From Giardia intestinalis (Eukaryota), in NCBI GenBank assembly GCA_000002435.2, contig CM018793.1: a DNA stretch of 64,000 bases. One strand, given 5' to 3'. Shown here piece by piece: positions 47,717 to 58,050 of this stretch. Position numbers and translations under genes: made by a program. Each line of letters opens with the position of its first letter. The stretch's first letter is position 1. A model generated the notes under the pieces. The model searched no databases and was not told the DNA's origin. It saw nothing but the letters and a program-made list of their open reading frames with translations.

Positions 47717-49108
47717 ATGTTCGACTCACATGCATATATGGAAGGTGGAAACGCTCTCAACAGCTCCGAACTGTGCGAGGTAGTTCAGCTCTTTGATATT
47801 CAGTGGGCCACAGCTACTCTCCAGCAGGGCATAGTTACCGCTCAAGTGGAATTTATTATTACCTATCCATTCTTCAACACGATTATCTGGAGGTGTGAAG
47901 GATTCAACCATGAGACAGTTGTTGATGGAGTGTTAGGGAAACATCATCTGACTTTATATTTCCAGAAGCCTACAGTGTCTGTTGGTCGTTCTACTACTAC
48001 TGACACCACTCCGCTAAATCCCATCGAGATCTCTGGATCATCTGCTGTAACACAGAGCATGTACTCCAGCACACTAGGTAGCTCCACAGATCACTTTGAC
48101 CTTGAGCTGGATATTCCTGGCCTTCTTATCGAACCAGTCTATATAACATTTGTTTGTAGCGGAAGGAACCTCACTGCCATTGCGCCACATCCAGGATTTG
48201 GAAGAGTGTCTACTATCATAAACCCAGGTGGCCGCCCATTGCTAACCAGCGACTACAAGAGTGTTGTTCTGGACCCAGACATTTGCTTCCGCGACTGTTC
48301 TGCTTACATGGTAGACATGCTCCAGCCTCAACGCGTGGTCTCGCTAGGCACCAAGAGTGGCTCGGGAAAGACCTTCGGCCTTTCAATGTTGGAGTCTTTT
48401 ATCAGCACCACTGCACCCGCTAAAACTTTGCAGTCATTTGCTAAGTTAGCGATCAGGGGCTGGTCTCAATATGACCAGCATCTTGGAGCCCATTCTGTCC
48501 TGAGCCTTGACTTTTCAGTATTCAAGGTGTCGAGTACCAGTGCATTTTTCGAATCTATCGCTGCATACGTTAGAAGCGTTTACGAATCATGGTACGAGCG
48601 GTGTGCTCCGGCGCTGACTGATGAACGGAGCCAAAGGATATTCGTTAATATCATGAGGAACACGGATGCAGAGGGCTGTCAAAACTTCAAAACAGGTTTA
48701 TTCGGGTCGTTTGCAGAGTTGTGCAGGTTTATCTTTAGGGCCACGCGGCGCCATCCCGTAGTACTTATTGACGGCTATGATTCACTAACACGAAAGCTAT
48801 GGTTTGCTCCCCATGACACCCTGAGGCAGATATTGCCGATGGTGTCGCTTATATTAACAGCGACAGTCACAGAGAATATGTGTAAGTACTGTGCAGTAGT
48901 AGCAGGAGGCAATGACCCACCAGTGTACGGGGGCTTTGGTTACGTAAATTCCCGATCACTGAGGTGTAGCCCAGAAATACCGTTGCATGGGAACTCAGCG
49001 TCTAAGGAGATTCAAAGCCTACAAGGCTCTCTTGTGGGTCACGAGAGTGGAGAGCCGGCAGCAGATGTAAGAGAAGAGATTGTCGGAAATTATATGGAGC
49101 GTAATTAA
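47717..49108 (+). CDS. orphan P-loop NTPase, possibly the 'predicted AAA-ATPase' (PF09820-like) family expanded in Giardia (463 aa)
   Basis: ATG verified. Walker A QRVVSLGTKSGSGKTFGLSMLESF sits at ~aa 206-229 and Walker B-like HPVVLIDGYDSL at ~aa 346-357. The context YMVDMLQP.RVVSLGTKSGSGKTFGLSMLESFIS resembles the consensus I recall for that family (yFLsRPRRFGKSLllSmleaFf). Confidence 0.5.
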   Translation: MFDSHAYMEGGNALNSSELCEVVQLFDIQWATATLQQGIVTAQVEFIITYPFFNTIIWRCEGFNHETVVDGVLGKHHLTLYFQKPTVSVGRSTTTDTTPLNPIEISGSSAVTQSMYSSTLGSSTDHFDLELDIPGLLIEPVYITFVCSGRNLTAIAPHPGFGRVSTIINPGGRPLLTSDYKSVVLDPDICFRDCSAYMVDMLQPQRVVSLGTKSGSGKTFGLSMLESFISTTAPAKTLQSFAKLAIRGWSQYDQHLGAHSVLSLDFSVFKVSSTSAFFESIAAYVRSVYESWYERCAPALTDERSQRIFVNIMRNTDAEGCQNFKTGLFGSFAELCRFIFRATRRHPVVLIDGYDSLTRKLWFAPHDTLRQILPMVSLILTATVTENMCKYCAVVAGGNDPPVYGGFGYVNSRSLRCSPEIPLHGNSASKEIQSLQGSLVGHESGEPAADVREEIVGNYMERN

Positions 49109-49199
49109 GTAAATGGGAAATATCACAGCCGTGGATTTGAAAAGGAATGAAGAAAGGGATTAGTCTGATACGCTGACCAAATATGGATAGATAAGTCGG

Positions 49200-49694
49200 T
49201 CAATTATTAGTAGAGTCTATTATCCGAGGGGTTGTGAGAGGCTCTGCCTCGGGCTGTAGTGATACCAAGCCCAGCATGGAGTTGTATAGATCGCTCCTGA
49301 CGTGCAAATTCCAATGGATGCTTTTCAGATACCAAACACACATTTCTCTTACGGTACTAGACTCATCAAGACAGCGGGAGAACGCTGGCCACACAGAGAA
49401 AGGTAGCTCTAGATCCGAGAGCATATTGCACGCAAACATGAGGCTGACGATGAAAAGCTTCTTTACATTGCGCACTGTAACATGCCTAGAGATCTTCTGA
49501 AGCCGTAGTAACAAAGTACATGCATAAACTGCGATGGTTTTCAAGTCCTCATCAGAGCACTTACTGATTAGGTAGAAATTCGATAGAACCTCGTGCAGAT
49601 CTAGCTTGAGCGTGTGCTGCACATCGGCACCACAGACCATTGACAGAATTAAGCACACATCCCTAGTGATCCGAAGGGGTGCAGACTCAGGCAT
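49200..49694 (-). CDS. hypothetical protein, possible PHO80/Pcl-type cyclin fold (164 aa)
   Basis: ATG verified (MPESAPLRIT). LFIVSLMFACNMLSDLELPFSVWPAF...VREMCVWYLKSIHWNLHV resembles the PHO80-like cyclin box (LL.aslmiAsKflDD..ysN..Wa.v.gis..ElN.lE.eFL..L.y.L.V). This is a weak similarity. Confidence 0.4.
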   Translation of the reverse strand: MPESAPLRITRDVCLILSMVCGADVQHTLKLDLHEVLSNFYLISKCSDEDLKTIAVYACTLLLRLQKISRHVTVRNVKKLFIVSLMFACNMLSDLELPFSVWPAFSRCLDESSTVREMCVWYLKSIHWNLHVRSDLYNSMLGLVSLQPEAEPLTTPRIIDSTNN

Positions 49695-49734
49695 GACCTG
49701 GGGCTAGCGATAAATTTTAAAAGTACCAGAGGCT

Positions 49735-52080
49735 ATGAACGACGCTCTTTCCCTTAGAGATGTGATCGCAAATGCGTTTACAAACTCCTCGGGGAAGTTG
49801 CTCATCGACACGTTGATAATGAACTATGTCCAATGTGTTCTAGAGAATACCTTAGATACAGACGCAGACAGTATCAGCAGGGCAACACAGACCATTGCTC
49901 CTGTAATTCACAATTGCAGAGTAACAGCTTCGCTTGATGAGGCCGAGGAGATAGTGACAAACCTCGTTTGCGAGGTCTGCTCCCTGATAGCGACTCATGG
50001 CCGAGACTCCGCAGTGAGCTTGCGACTAGATGATGCTGTGTCCGTTTCACAACAAGTACAACGAGCCGCGGCCAATAATGAGTATTGGAAGGGGATACAA
50101 ACAGCAAGGGACTTAGGAATGCAGAAGCTCCAATTCCAGATGATAAAGTCGTCAGAAAAAGCACGTGCACTAGCAGAGAAGCGTCGTCTAAAGGAAAAAC
50201 ACGTTAGCAAGGATGAAATCCCTGCAGCAGACAATGCTGTCAGTATCTCTCAGACAAAGTTTGTTCCTCGCACGGGGCAGGCCATCAAGCTCGATAGGGT
50301 TACTCTGGCATATGGAAAGAATATCCTTTTAGAGGATTGTGACTTTACTTTCCATTTTGGGCGACGATACTCGCTTATTGGTCGGAATGGCACGGGAAAG
50401 TCGAGTCTCTTGCGAGCTATTGCGCACGGAGAGATTGCATGCATCACCAATAGAGACCAGTACAAGATACTCTACGTGTCACAGGAGGTAGCGCCATCGA
50501 CCGACAGGGTCATCGATGTCGTGTTGTCGGCCAATGAGGACTATGTCAGGCTCACCACTGCAGAGCACGCCATCAAGGCTGCCATAGATCTCCTTGAAGA
50601 ACATCTAATGCGTCTTCGTAGTGCCTCTCATGGGAGCTCTTCTCTTAAGTCCGAACATTCCGCTTCTCGCACGTTGAAAGGCTTGCTTCCAGAGCATGTC
50701 TTGACTGAGCTTAATGCTAGCATTTTTCCAAGCATAAGTGTGGATACTTCCGCCGCACTTAATGCTTCTGCGACAGAGGCGCTTTTGGACAATCTCGGGG
50801 TAGCTCTCCAGCAGCGATACGACGAGATGGAGGCAGCTGATCTGTTCAGTGCACAGGCACGTGCATCGCAGATATTGGCGGGGTTGCAATTTACACCAGC
50901 AATGCAACTCAGACGCACCAAGGAGTTTTCAGGTGGTTGGCTCATGCGTGTAAGCCTTGCTAAAGCACTTTTTGTAGCTCCAGACATACTCTTCCTTGAT
51001 GAACCAGACAACCACCTGGACACAGATGCCATAATGTGGTTGGAGAACTGGTTAGTCAACTTCCCCCAGGATAAGCTTGTTATAGTCGTCTCGCACGATA
51101 CAGACTTTCTTAATCAGTTCACTACAGACATCGTCTTTTTAAATAACCGAAGGCTCACGAAATACTCTGGAAATTACAGTGCATTCATCGAGCTTCGGGA
51201 GAGTGAGCTCAAAAATCAGCAACGGCAAGTAGAGAAGCAGGAGGCTCTACAGGCGCGTGTGCAGACTTTCATTGATAGGTTCCGATATAACGCTGCGCGG
51301 GCAAGCCTGGTGCAGAGTCGCATTAAGATGCTGAATAAAATGGAGCGGCTGTTCGTTTCAGAAGACTACGCGGTCCCACCATTTATTTTTCCTGGGCCCG
51401 AGGTGTCTGGCGCCCAGTTTGAATTGCTATCACTCAAGGACGTGGAGTTTAGCTATGTGCAGCAGAAGTTAGGAGGATTCTGTCTCAAGGACATCAATCT
51501 GACTATTTACAATGATAGTAGAATAGCAATCTGTGGCGCAAATGGTAGCGGAAAGTCAACCATTCTCAAGCTACTGAGTGGAATGGAAAAGCCTGACTCT
51601 GGCGTCTTCATTCGTAATAGCAAATGTACACCCGCAATATTTTGGCAGCACCACACGGATCTCCTGGATTTGGATAAGACACCACTCCAAACAATCAATG
51701 AATTTGCCCCTGGAGAGACCAACAACAAGTACCTGTCCCACCTGGGAGCATTTGGAATAACTGACGACCTGGTGTTCCAAACCAATCGCACGCTTTCTGG
51801 CGGGCAGCGGTCTCGACTGAACTTCGCTCTGCTCACGTTCCAAACCCTGCCATCCCTCCTGATCCTGGATGAACCAACCAATCACCTGGATATAGAAACA
51901 CGTCTTGCACTAGCAGAAGGTCTAAACCAGTATACTGGAGCGGTACTGATAGTGTCTCACGACGCACAGATGATCCAGAGCGTCACAGACGAACTCTATG
52001 TTGTGAAAGACGGGACACTGTCTAAGTTCGATGGCGGCTTCCTTGAGTACAAGGAGCACCTCCGCGGTAGTAGAAAATAA
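49735..52080 (+). CDS. ABC-F family ATPase (two tandem ABC cassettes, no transmembrane domain; GCN20/ABC50-type translation factor)
   Basis: ATG verified. Cassette 1 has Walker A GRNGTGKSSLLRAI, signature LSGGWLMRVSLAKAL and Walker B ILFLDEPDNHLD. Cassette 2 has GANGSGKSTILKLL, LSGGQRSRLNFALL and LLILDEPTNHLD. There are no TM segments. AGTAAAT follows the stop at 52086-52092. Confidence 0.9.
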   Translation: MNDALSLRDVIANAFTNSSGKLLIDTLIMNYVQCVLENTLDTDADSISRATQTIAPVIHNCRVTASLDEAEEIVTNLVCEVCSLIATHGRDSAVSLRLDDAVSVSQQVQRAAANNEYWKGIQTARDLGMQKLQFQMIKSSEKARALAEKRRLKEKHVSKDEIPAADNAVSISQTKFVPRTGQAIKLDRVTLAYGKNILLEDCDFTFHFGRRYSLIGRNGTGKSSLLRAIAHGEIACITNRDQYKILYVSQEVAPSTDRVIDVVLSANEDYVRLTTAEHAIKAAIDLLEEHLMRLRSASHGSSSLKSEHSASRTLKGLLPEHVLTELNASIFPSISVDTSAALNASATEALLDNLGVALQQRYDEMEAADLFSAQARASQILAGLQFTPAMQLRRTKEFSGGWLMRVSLAKALFVAPDILFLDEPDNHLDTDAIMWLENWLVNFPQDKLVIVVSHDTDFLNQFTTDIVFLNNRRLTKYSGNYSAFIELRESELKNQQRQVEKQEALQARVQTFIDRFRYNAARASLVQSRIKMLNKMERLFVSEDYAVPPFIFPGPEVSGAQFELLSLKDVEFSYVQQKLGGFCLKDINLTIYNDSRIAICGANGSGKSTILKLLSGMEKPDSGVFIRNSKCTPAIFWQHHTDLLDLDKTPLQTINEFAPGETNNKYLSHLGAFGITDDLVFQTNRTLSGGQRSRLNFALLTFQTLPSLLILDEPTNHLDIETRLALAEGLNQYTGAVLIVSHDAQMIQSVTDELYVVKDGTLSKFDGGFLEYKEHLRGSRK

Positions 52081-52129
52081 AGACCAGTAAATTAATGCCA
52101 GTGTATTCTTAATCTTTACAGTCTGAAAA

Positions 52130-54187
52130 ATGTTCATTTTCCTCGTCTGTTCACTAGCGGGCGGGGCTTTGGCGGTATCTGTCGCGATTGACGGATGCGA
52201 CGTGTCGGTGACTAGCATGGGAGCAGAGTACTGCATACATTGTAGCGACTCTAACATGCTCCCCACTCCCGACGGAACTGCCTGTGCTCTTAGCTGCGGA
52301 ACCAATGAGGGTATTAAGGACTGCGTAGCCTGCGGAACGGGTAAGTGCTCGAAGTGCGCTACCTCGGGTAGTTCTACTCTAGTGCCTACATCCGATGGGC
52401 TGAAGTGCGTTTCCAAGTGCAATACTAGCCGTTCAACTGGGATAGAACACTGTCAGACTTGTACCGGGATTCTTCAGCAACTTCAGTGCACCACGTGTAA
52501 CAGTCCTTATACTCCGTCGTCAGACAAGAAGTCCTGCGTGCTCCTTTGTAGTGGTGTCACGGTAGACAATTGTCAGGAGTGTGACAGCGGTGCTACCACA
52601 TGCAAGACATGCCAGCCCGGCTATGCCCTCTCTGCCGATAGAAAGTTCTGTTATCGGACCTGTGGCACAAGTGGACCCATTCAGTATTGCACAGGGTGCA
52701 GAGAGCAGGTGTGTACAGCGTGCAATAGTCTCACATATCTTAAGAATAACCACTGCGTCTTGCGAAGAGGTTTGGAAGAACCCTGCTCTGCCGACGACCC
52801 CTGTCACGTTTCCCTAAGGTGTCTCTTTTCGGGGCTGGGGCTAGAGAATGGGACAAAAAAGTGCTTTCCAGCCTCCTGTGCTCCCGCGTCATCTGATCCT
52901 GGAGTGCACTCTGTCTGTCACGGTCAAGGGACGTGCAGGGACACAAGTTTCAATCTGGAAAGCCAGTCCTCTGCAGGCACGTGTGCTTGCCTATCAGCAG
53001 ACTTGTCTTCTGGCGATAACTGCGGAGTCTGTATCAATTCCACTCTTACACCGAGCTATATCGCAGTTGGGACTTGTGTGGCAAAGCAGGGCCCGTACGA
53101 AAGCTGCTCTTCGTCACTTACCTGCCAGCCCGGTCTTTCATGTTACATGAACTATCAGTGTGTCCCAGACGACTGTATTTCTGGTAATATTCTCAATAAA
53201 CTTGTATGCGGTAAGGCTGGAAGTTGCGGAGAGGCAAGCTTTGATTTTAGCTCAAATAAGTGGACTGCAACCTGTGTATGCTTTGACCCTAGACGGAAAC
53301 CGAGTGAAAAGTGTACTAAATGTACAACTGGAGACCCTGTTGGGATAACCTGTGCCAATACAAATTGCGTCGAAAACAAGATTGTCTGTAGTGGCCACGG
53401 TTCCTGTAAGGAAGATGGATCAGGATGCGACTGCGACGAAGGATTTGCGCCTGTCACTGTCACTGCCAAGCATCGCTGCTATCCTTCCACTTGTGGCGGA
53501 ACCCCGTCTGACTCCGGTACCTACTGCAACAATGGACTGGGAACCTGCTTGCAGCAGTTAGATAACAGTTATCTCTGCGCGTGCCCTGCCGGCTATAGAG
53601 GCGTGGAGACCCACGGGAACACAAGAGCCGCCGCTGGCTTGGACGGGTGCGTACCGTGGTCATGTTACCCGATGCTTAACGGGAGTATTTGTGGTCCATT
53701 CGATGGAGGAACATGTGGGACCACTGCAGCTAGAAGTCACGCATGCACCTGTCACTCAGGCTTTAAGCTGACAGACAAGGGCTGCCTTCCGGAGAAGTGT
53801 GGTCCAAAACAGGACGGTAGTGTCTGCCTATCCAAGGGGATATGCAAGAGCAACGGCGGCATTTGGACCTGCGAATGCCTCGACGGCTATCGCGTGACAG
53901 ACGCTGGCTGCCTTAATCACCGCTGCAAGGCCACAAGCGCTGGAATCCCTTGCAATGGCCACGGTGTCTGCCAGGATAATGTCAGATGCAAGTGCTCGTC
54001 AGGCTACGCAGGCCCCACCTGTTCCATCACAACAGTCGCACTCGCCGCGGCAATAACGGTTCCGATTCTGGTCCTGTTTGTGGTCGGGTTTCTGACATAC
54101 ATCCTTGTGAAGCGAGCGATTGCAAAGCGCGAACAAGCCAAAGTCATGAACCGAATGTTCCCTGTTATCCCCAGCAGGAAGAAATGA
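52130..54187 (+). CDS. high-cysteine membrane protein (HCMP, EGF-like), 685 aa
   Basis: ATG verified (MFIFLVCSLAGGALA signal peptide). It contains CxxC and CxGxGxC-type motifs (CHGQGTC, CGKAGSC, CSGHGSC, CNGHGVC) and EGF-like spacing. The C-terminal TM helix (LAAAITVPILVLFVVGFLTYILV) is followed by a short basic tail. Confidence 0.85.
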   Translation: MFIFLVCSLAGGALAVSVAIDGCDVSVTSMGAEYCIHCSDSNMLPTPDGTACALSCGTNEGIKDCVACGTGKCSKCATSGSSTLVPTSDGLKCVSKCNTSRSTGIEHCQTCTGILQQLQCTTCNSPYTPSSDKKSCVLLCSGVTVDNCQECDSGATTCKTCQPGYALSADRKFCYRTCGTSGPIQYCTGCREQVCTACNSLTYLKNNHCVLRRGLEEPCSADDPCHVSLRCLFSGLGLENGTKKCFPASCAPASSDPGVHSVCHGQGTCRDTSFNLESQSSAGTCACLSADLSSGDNCGVCINSTLTPSYIAVGTCVAKQGPYESCSSSLTCQPGLSCYMNYQCVPDDCISGNILNKLVCGKAGSCGEASFDFSSNKWTATCVCFDPRRKPSEKCTKCTTGDPVGITCANTNCVENKIVCSGHGSCKEDGSGCDCDEGFAPVTVTAKHRCYPSTCGGTPSDSGTYCNNGLGTCLQQLDNSYLCACPAGYRGVETHGNTRAAAGLDGCVPWSCYPMLNGSICGPFDGGTCGTTAARSHACTCHSGFKLTDKGCLPEKCGPKQDGSVCLSKGICKSNGGIWTCECLDGYRVTDAGCLNHRCKATSAGIPCNGHGVCQDNVRCKCSSGYAGPTCSITTVALAAAITVPILVLFVVGFLTYILVKRAIAKREQAKVMNRMFPVIPSRKK

Positions 54188-54209
54188 TGACTATGTATCC
54201 ATACATTTA

Positions 54210-56732
54210 CTAGGGCTCCTCCTCTTCTTCGGCTTCCTCTTGCTCCTCCTGTGCAGCAAGCTCTCGGGCACGTTCCTCTTCCCTTGCGCGTTTTTCGGCC
54301 AAGCGGGCCTCCTTCCTTTCTAGACGTTCTCTAATAAGCCTGTCAAGCTCGTCCTTATCACGACGCTCAATGTCCTCCACCCGCTCACGACACTCAGTTT
54401 CTATCTCCAAGACGGGGTCGTCTTCCTCTAATATGTCTGCAGGAGGGAGTTGCATTGGGGCAGGCACCACCGCGCGATACTTGTCAAGGGCATTGATACT
54501 CTCTGTCTGTCGACCATCGCCTATGTAAATAGAGGTATAGACCAGGGGGTCGCCGTTGCTGTGGTTGAAGCAGACATTGAGCATTCCTGGCCAACGGTTG
54601 CTGCGGACGACGACGGGAGAGTGGCGGTTCAGGGTCTTGTTGAAGATGACGGTATACGCAGGGACGACCTTCTGCCCATCGACCTCCTCTGCGTTGACAT
54701 CGACAGAGCCCATTGGCCCTGCATGAAGGACAAGTGGAGCATCTGTATCTGCAGGAGAGAGCATCTCTGGTCTGTCCTTTTGGAGGACTTCCTTTTCTTC
54801 ATCATAGTAATCGCCCTCCAAAAGCTGCTCATCCTGCTCCTTCAGAGTGTCCTCTATCTCCTGTTCCTTATCCCAATATTCGCGCTCCTTGTCATCAAGC
54901 TCCTGCTCTTTACAGTTAATGTCAACGGGGGCAATCTCAAGTCCAAAGTACCTGCTGGTCTGGTAAACAGAGCGGTTCTCCTTGAACACAGGGTCCCATG
55001 GATCTCGAACCGCCTCCCAGAACGCTCGGGGGACCGTAAAGCGGCACTTTTGCCGGGCAATCTGCTTATAAGTATCGATAGCCTCAGTTAATATGCGGAG
55101 CTGATCAGACTCGGCGTATGCAGCATCAAGCCGCTCCTGTACAGGCTTTTTAGGAGGAGGAAGGGGCTCCTCTGGTTCCTCTTCTTCTGGCTCTTCTTCT
55201 CCTTCGTCTTTATCTTCGCCATCTTCACCCTTTTCTTCGCCATTGGCATCCTCCTCCTCTTCAACCTTCTCCTCAACTGGAGGTTCATCCTCAGGTTCTT
55301 CCTTTTCTTCCTCTTCGGGCTCTTCTTCCTCCGCCTCTTCTTCAGGTTCCTCTTCGTCCTCTGGATAAGTCCACGGAAGAACCTTTCCTCTGTGCGACAG
55401 GATCGGACATGCATGCACCCAGTTTGCCAGCTCTAATAGCTCAACAAATTCAACGTTAGCTATCTCTCTATTGCGCTCGGGCCATGGAAGAATGCTTTTC
55501 CCAGCCATCTTAGAGTCTACTGGCTCGTCTGGCTCACATGAATCCTTGGAAAAGTCTGCAACTACAGTAGGATCTGCAAATAATAGGGCCTTCTGCCTCG
55601 CTTGTTCCTCTTCCGTTATATCTTCCTCTGTCTCTTCAGGCTCAGGGCCTGGCACTAAGCATGCAGCAGGAGCTAGCTCTGCACCATGCTTGATGCGCGT
55701 GATAATGCACCGCAGATAGTGAGCCTCACATCCTGGAAAGGGAGGAATTCTGTCATAGATACGCCTGGATAAATTCCCTGAGAGGCGAACATTAATGAAC
55801 CGCGACAGCTTTAGTTGACGGGCCTCCAAGTCCGGCAAACGGACCCACTTGACAACCTGGTTCACATCGGCAACGAGCAAGTCTGCCGTGACAAAATACA
55901 CGAAGCGGTTGGCCCCCTCTGGGTGCACCCCATCGCCAGCAGGCTCAACGTGTGGATAGAGGCGCCGAGGCTTAGGAGCTATCGTTCTCAGATCAAATTC
56001 TAGGTCATCTGGGTCCAGATAGAGCTTTTCCTCGTCAGTAAGCTTCTTAATCTTTCTATCTGTGAGGTAGGTGTAATTAGCAGGCTTTCCATCTTTGGCA
56101 AGTGCAGATGGTGGAGGAGCTATCGTTTCTGCTGTAGGTGCTGTATCTAGATCTTTGTTTAGATCTAAAATATCCGAATTGACTGAGGCAGGTCCCGGCC
56201 CCTGAAAGCGGAACATCTTCTTGCGCGGCTTGAAAGGGAGGCACTCCAGGACATAGTAGTGTCCAGATGTTGTGGTAAACCGGCCGAAGAAGGAGATAAC
56301 AGAAAAGTAGCCCCGCCGCTCTACCTCAAATTGAGAAATCCTCTTTTGTAAGATAGATGCGGTAACGTCGTCAAATCCCTGCCCAACTAACTTAAGCTGC
56401 TCATTGAGGCGAAGGATATTGGGAACGATTGTTTTGCACGGCTTAAGGACAGAGACAGCATGATCTGTCGACAGAGCTGACTTGAGAACCTCCTCCAATC
56501 GTGCAAAATCATCATCAGAAAGGACTGGTTCATAGGTTTTTCCAGCCGTCTCGTTATCATAGCAACCAACAGACGCCTTGATTTCCCTGGAAATAGAGGC
56601 AATGGCTGCTGCGGCGTCTTCAGGATGGTCATCCAGTAGTTTTGCAATGATCTGGGCAAGGTGGCCATATATGGTCTGTCCGAACTCATTGCACACCTGC
56701 AGGTAGTCAACGAACTCAGAAATGCGATCCAT
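54210..56732 (-). CDS. radial spoke head protein RSP4/6 (RSPH4A/6A)-like flagellar protein with acidic low-complexity tail (840 aa)
   Basis: ATG verified (MDRISEF). The N-terminal SEFVDYLQ...IYGHLAQIIAKLLDDHPEDA and the block RGYFSVISFFGRFTTTSGHYYVLEC match RSP4/6 conserved blocks (LYDHLt.vl.kiLdErPenA; VRFWGKIFG..DYFIAEC). A long E/P/D-rich stretch (EEEPEEEAEEEEPEEEEKEEPEDEPP...) and a charged C-terminus are present. Confidence 0.55.
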   Translation of the reverse strand: MDRISEFVDYLQVCNEFGQTIYGHLAQIIAKLLDDHPEDAAAAIASISREIKASVGCYDNETAGKTYEPVLSDDDFARLEEVLKSALSTDHAVSVLKPCKTIVPNILRLNEQLKLVGQGFDDVTASILQKRISQFEVERRGYFSVISFFGRFTTTSGHYYVLECLPFKPRKKMFRFQGPGPASVNSDILDLNKDLDTAPTAETIAPPPSALAKDGKPANYTYLTDRKIKKLTDEEKLYLDPDDLEFDLRTIAPKPRRLYPHVEPAGDGVHPEGANRFVYFVTADLLVADVNQVVKWVRLPDLEARQLKLSRFINVRLSGNLSRRIYDRIPPFPGCEAHYLRCIITRIKHGAELAPAACLVPGPEPEETEEDITEEEQARQKALLFADPTVVADFSKDSCEPDEPVDSKMAGKSILPWPERNREIANVEFVELLELANWVHACPILSHRGKVLPWTYPEDEEEPEEEAEEEEPEEEEKEEPEDEPPVEEKVEEEEDANGEEKGEDGEDKDEGEEEPEEEEPEEPLPPPKKPVQERLDAAYAESDQLRILTEAIDTYKQIARQKCRFTVPRAFWEAVRDPWDPVFKENRSVYQTSRYFGLEIAPVDINCKEQELDDKEREYWDKEQEIEDTLKEQDEQLLEGDYYDEEKEVLQKDRPEMLSPADTDAPLVLHAGPMGSVDVNAEEVDGQKVVPAYTVIFNKTLNRHSPVVVRSNRWPGMLNVCFNHSNGDPLVYTSIYIGDGRQTESINALDKYRAVVPAPMQLPPADILEEDDPVLEIETECRERVEDIERRDKDELDRLIRERLERKEARLAEKRAREEERARELAAQEEQEEAEEEEEP

Positions 56733-56804
56733 TGTGCGTGCTTGAACCTCTGACCTTCTTTTTCTGTGGCTCGATTTTTAAATTAAAACCTGCCAGATTT
56801 TGCA

Positions 56805-58007
56805 ATGAGCCAGACCCTCTATCGTCAATCCCATTGGAATGGTGAGAGGTGGGTTCACGTGCATATATATACTAATGGCCGGGAAAAAAGACTCACACTT
56901 TACGGCCTGGACACTGTAATTAACACATCGACATTTCTGGCGATTTGTTCGCTTCAAAACAGCTCCTATATGTATGACTATGGCACGGATACACTTTACG
57001 AGTGTAGTGTTTATGACCCTCTCACATCTGACGAAAGTCTTTCTTCTCAGCTGCATGCTGTTCGCTTGACTAAGGTCCTCCTATTACGACAGCTACGCCT
57101 CAAGGTATTTAGCGACAGACACACATTGTCTACACCTCCCTGTTCACCTGGTGCTATGCGGAAGCCACAAACTCCTCTTCTTAAGCTTATGCGCAACATA
57201 GACACACTTCAGCCTTACGATCATCTCGCATCCAGGCTACAACCACGCAGTCTCACAGCCACACCGGTTGTTTCAGCGGCCATCTGCGCTATCAGCCAAG
57301 ACACCCTTATGATCTTTTGCGTTCAACGAGGATTTGCTTGTGGTAACAGCACGCCCATCTACACTAACCATCTCCTCAAAGTGAGCCTTTCTGGCAACGA
57401 CTCTGAAAGGCTGAAGCTTCAATCGCAATTTGAGCGTGTGCATAGCTTGATTTACTATAACGGTAGCCTATTTACGATAGTAGAGCAGAGTGTTGCCCTA
57501 CCCAAGACAGAGGAAGATTTGGAAGAAGAAAAGCGGCGGGATGAAGAGCTTGCAAAATTGATGAGGCGGCTTTCCAAGATGGATCCGGAAGACGAGGAAT
57601 ATAAAAGATTGGAGCCATATTACCGATCATCTGTTGAGCCATTCGAGACAATCTATGCTCTATGTCGAATAGATATAAACACCTTCTCTGTGGAGATCCT
57701 TATGAAGAAAAGGAGCTTTATGAAGGCCTTTGCAGGCGACTCGGAAGATACTGTCACGGTCGTTATGCCAACATACGACCTATCCTCTACTATAACTGTG
57801 GCATCCTATAATACCGTATCAAGGGAGCTTACTCTGTCTCATCCCGCATTGGATCCTTGGTTTGTAATTGACAGGACGCTACTAGAGTCATCCTACTTAC
57901 AGAAGAGTATTCTTCGGAACCCAGCCCTTTCCCTAGAACTAGAGTTATCCTCAGCTAAAGTGTGTGTGCGCCCAACAGATTTGACCACTGAGCACGCAAC
58001 TCAATGA
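56805..58007 (+). CDS. hypothetical protein (400 aa)
   Basis: ATG verified (gcaATGagccag). Mixed globular and charged coiled segment (EEDLEEEKRRDEELAKLMRRLSKMDPEDEEYKRLE). No family recognised. Confidence 0.45.
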   Translation: MSQTLYRQSHWNGERWVHVHIYTNGREKRLTLYGLDTVINTSTFLAICSLQNSSYMYDYGTDTLYECSVYDPLTSDESLSSQLHAVRLTKVLLLRQLRLKVFSDRHTLSTPPCSPGAMRKPQTPLLKLMRNIDTLQPYDHLASRLQPRSLTATPVVSAAICAISQDTLMIFCVQRGFACGNSTPIYTNHLLKVSLSGNDSERLKLQSQFERVHSLIYYNGSLFTIVEQSVALPKTEEDLEEEKRRDEELAKLMRRLSKMDPEDEEYKRLEPYYRSSVEPFETIYALCRIDINTFSVEILMKKRSFMKAFAGDSEDTVTVVMPTYDLSSTITVASYNTVSRELTLSHPALDPWFVIDRTLLESSYLQKSILRNPALSLELELSSAKVCVRPTDLTTEHATQ

Positions 58008-58050
58008 CTCGTTGTTGTTTCTCTTCTGATTTCCATGGCTCGCAACCCCA

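Noticed and set aside
55100..55420. Apparent tandem repeat at DNA level in the radial-spoke gene
   Set aside because: It is coding low complexity, the Glu/Pro-rich acidic tract (EEEPEEEAEEEEPEEEEKEEPEDEPP...), not a non-coding satellite.
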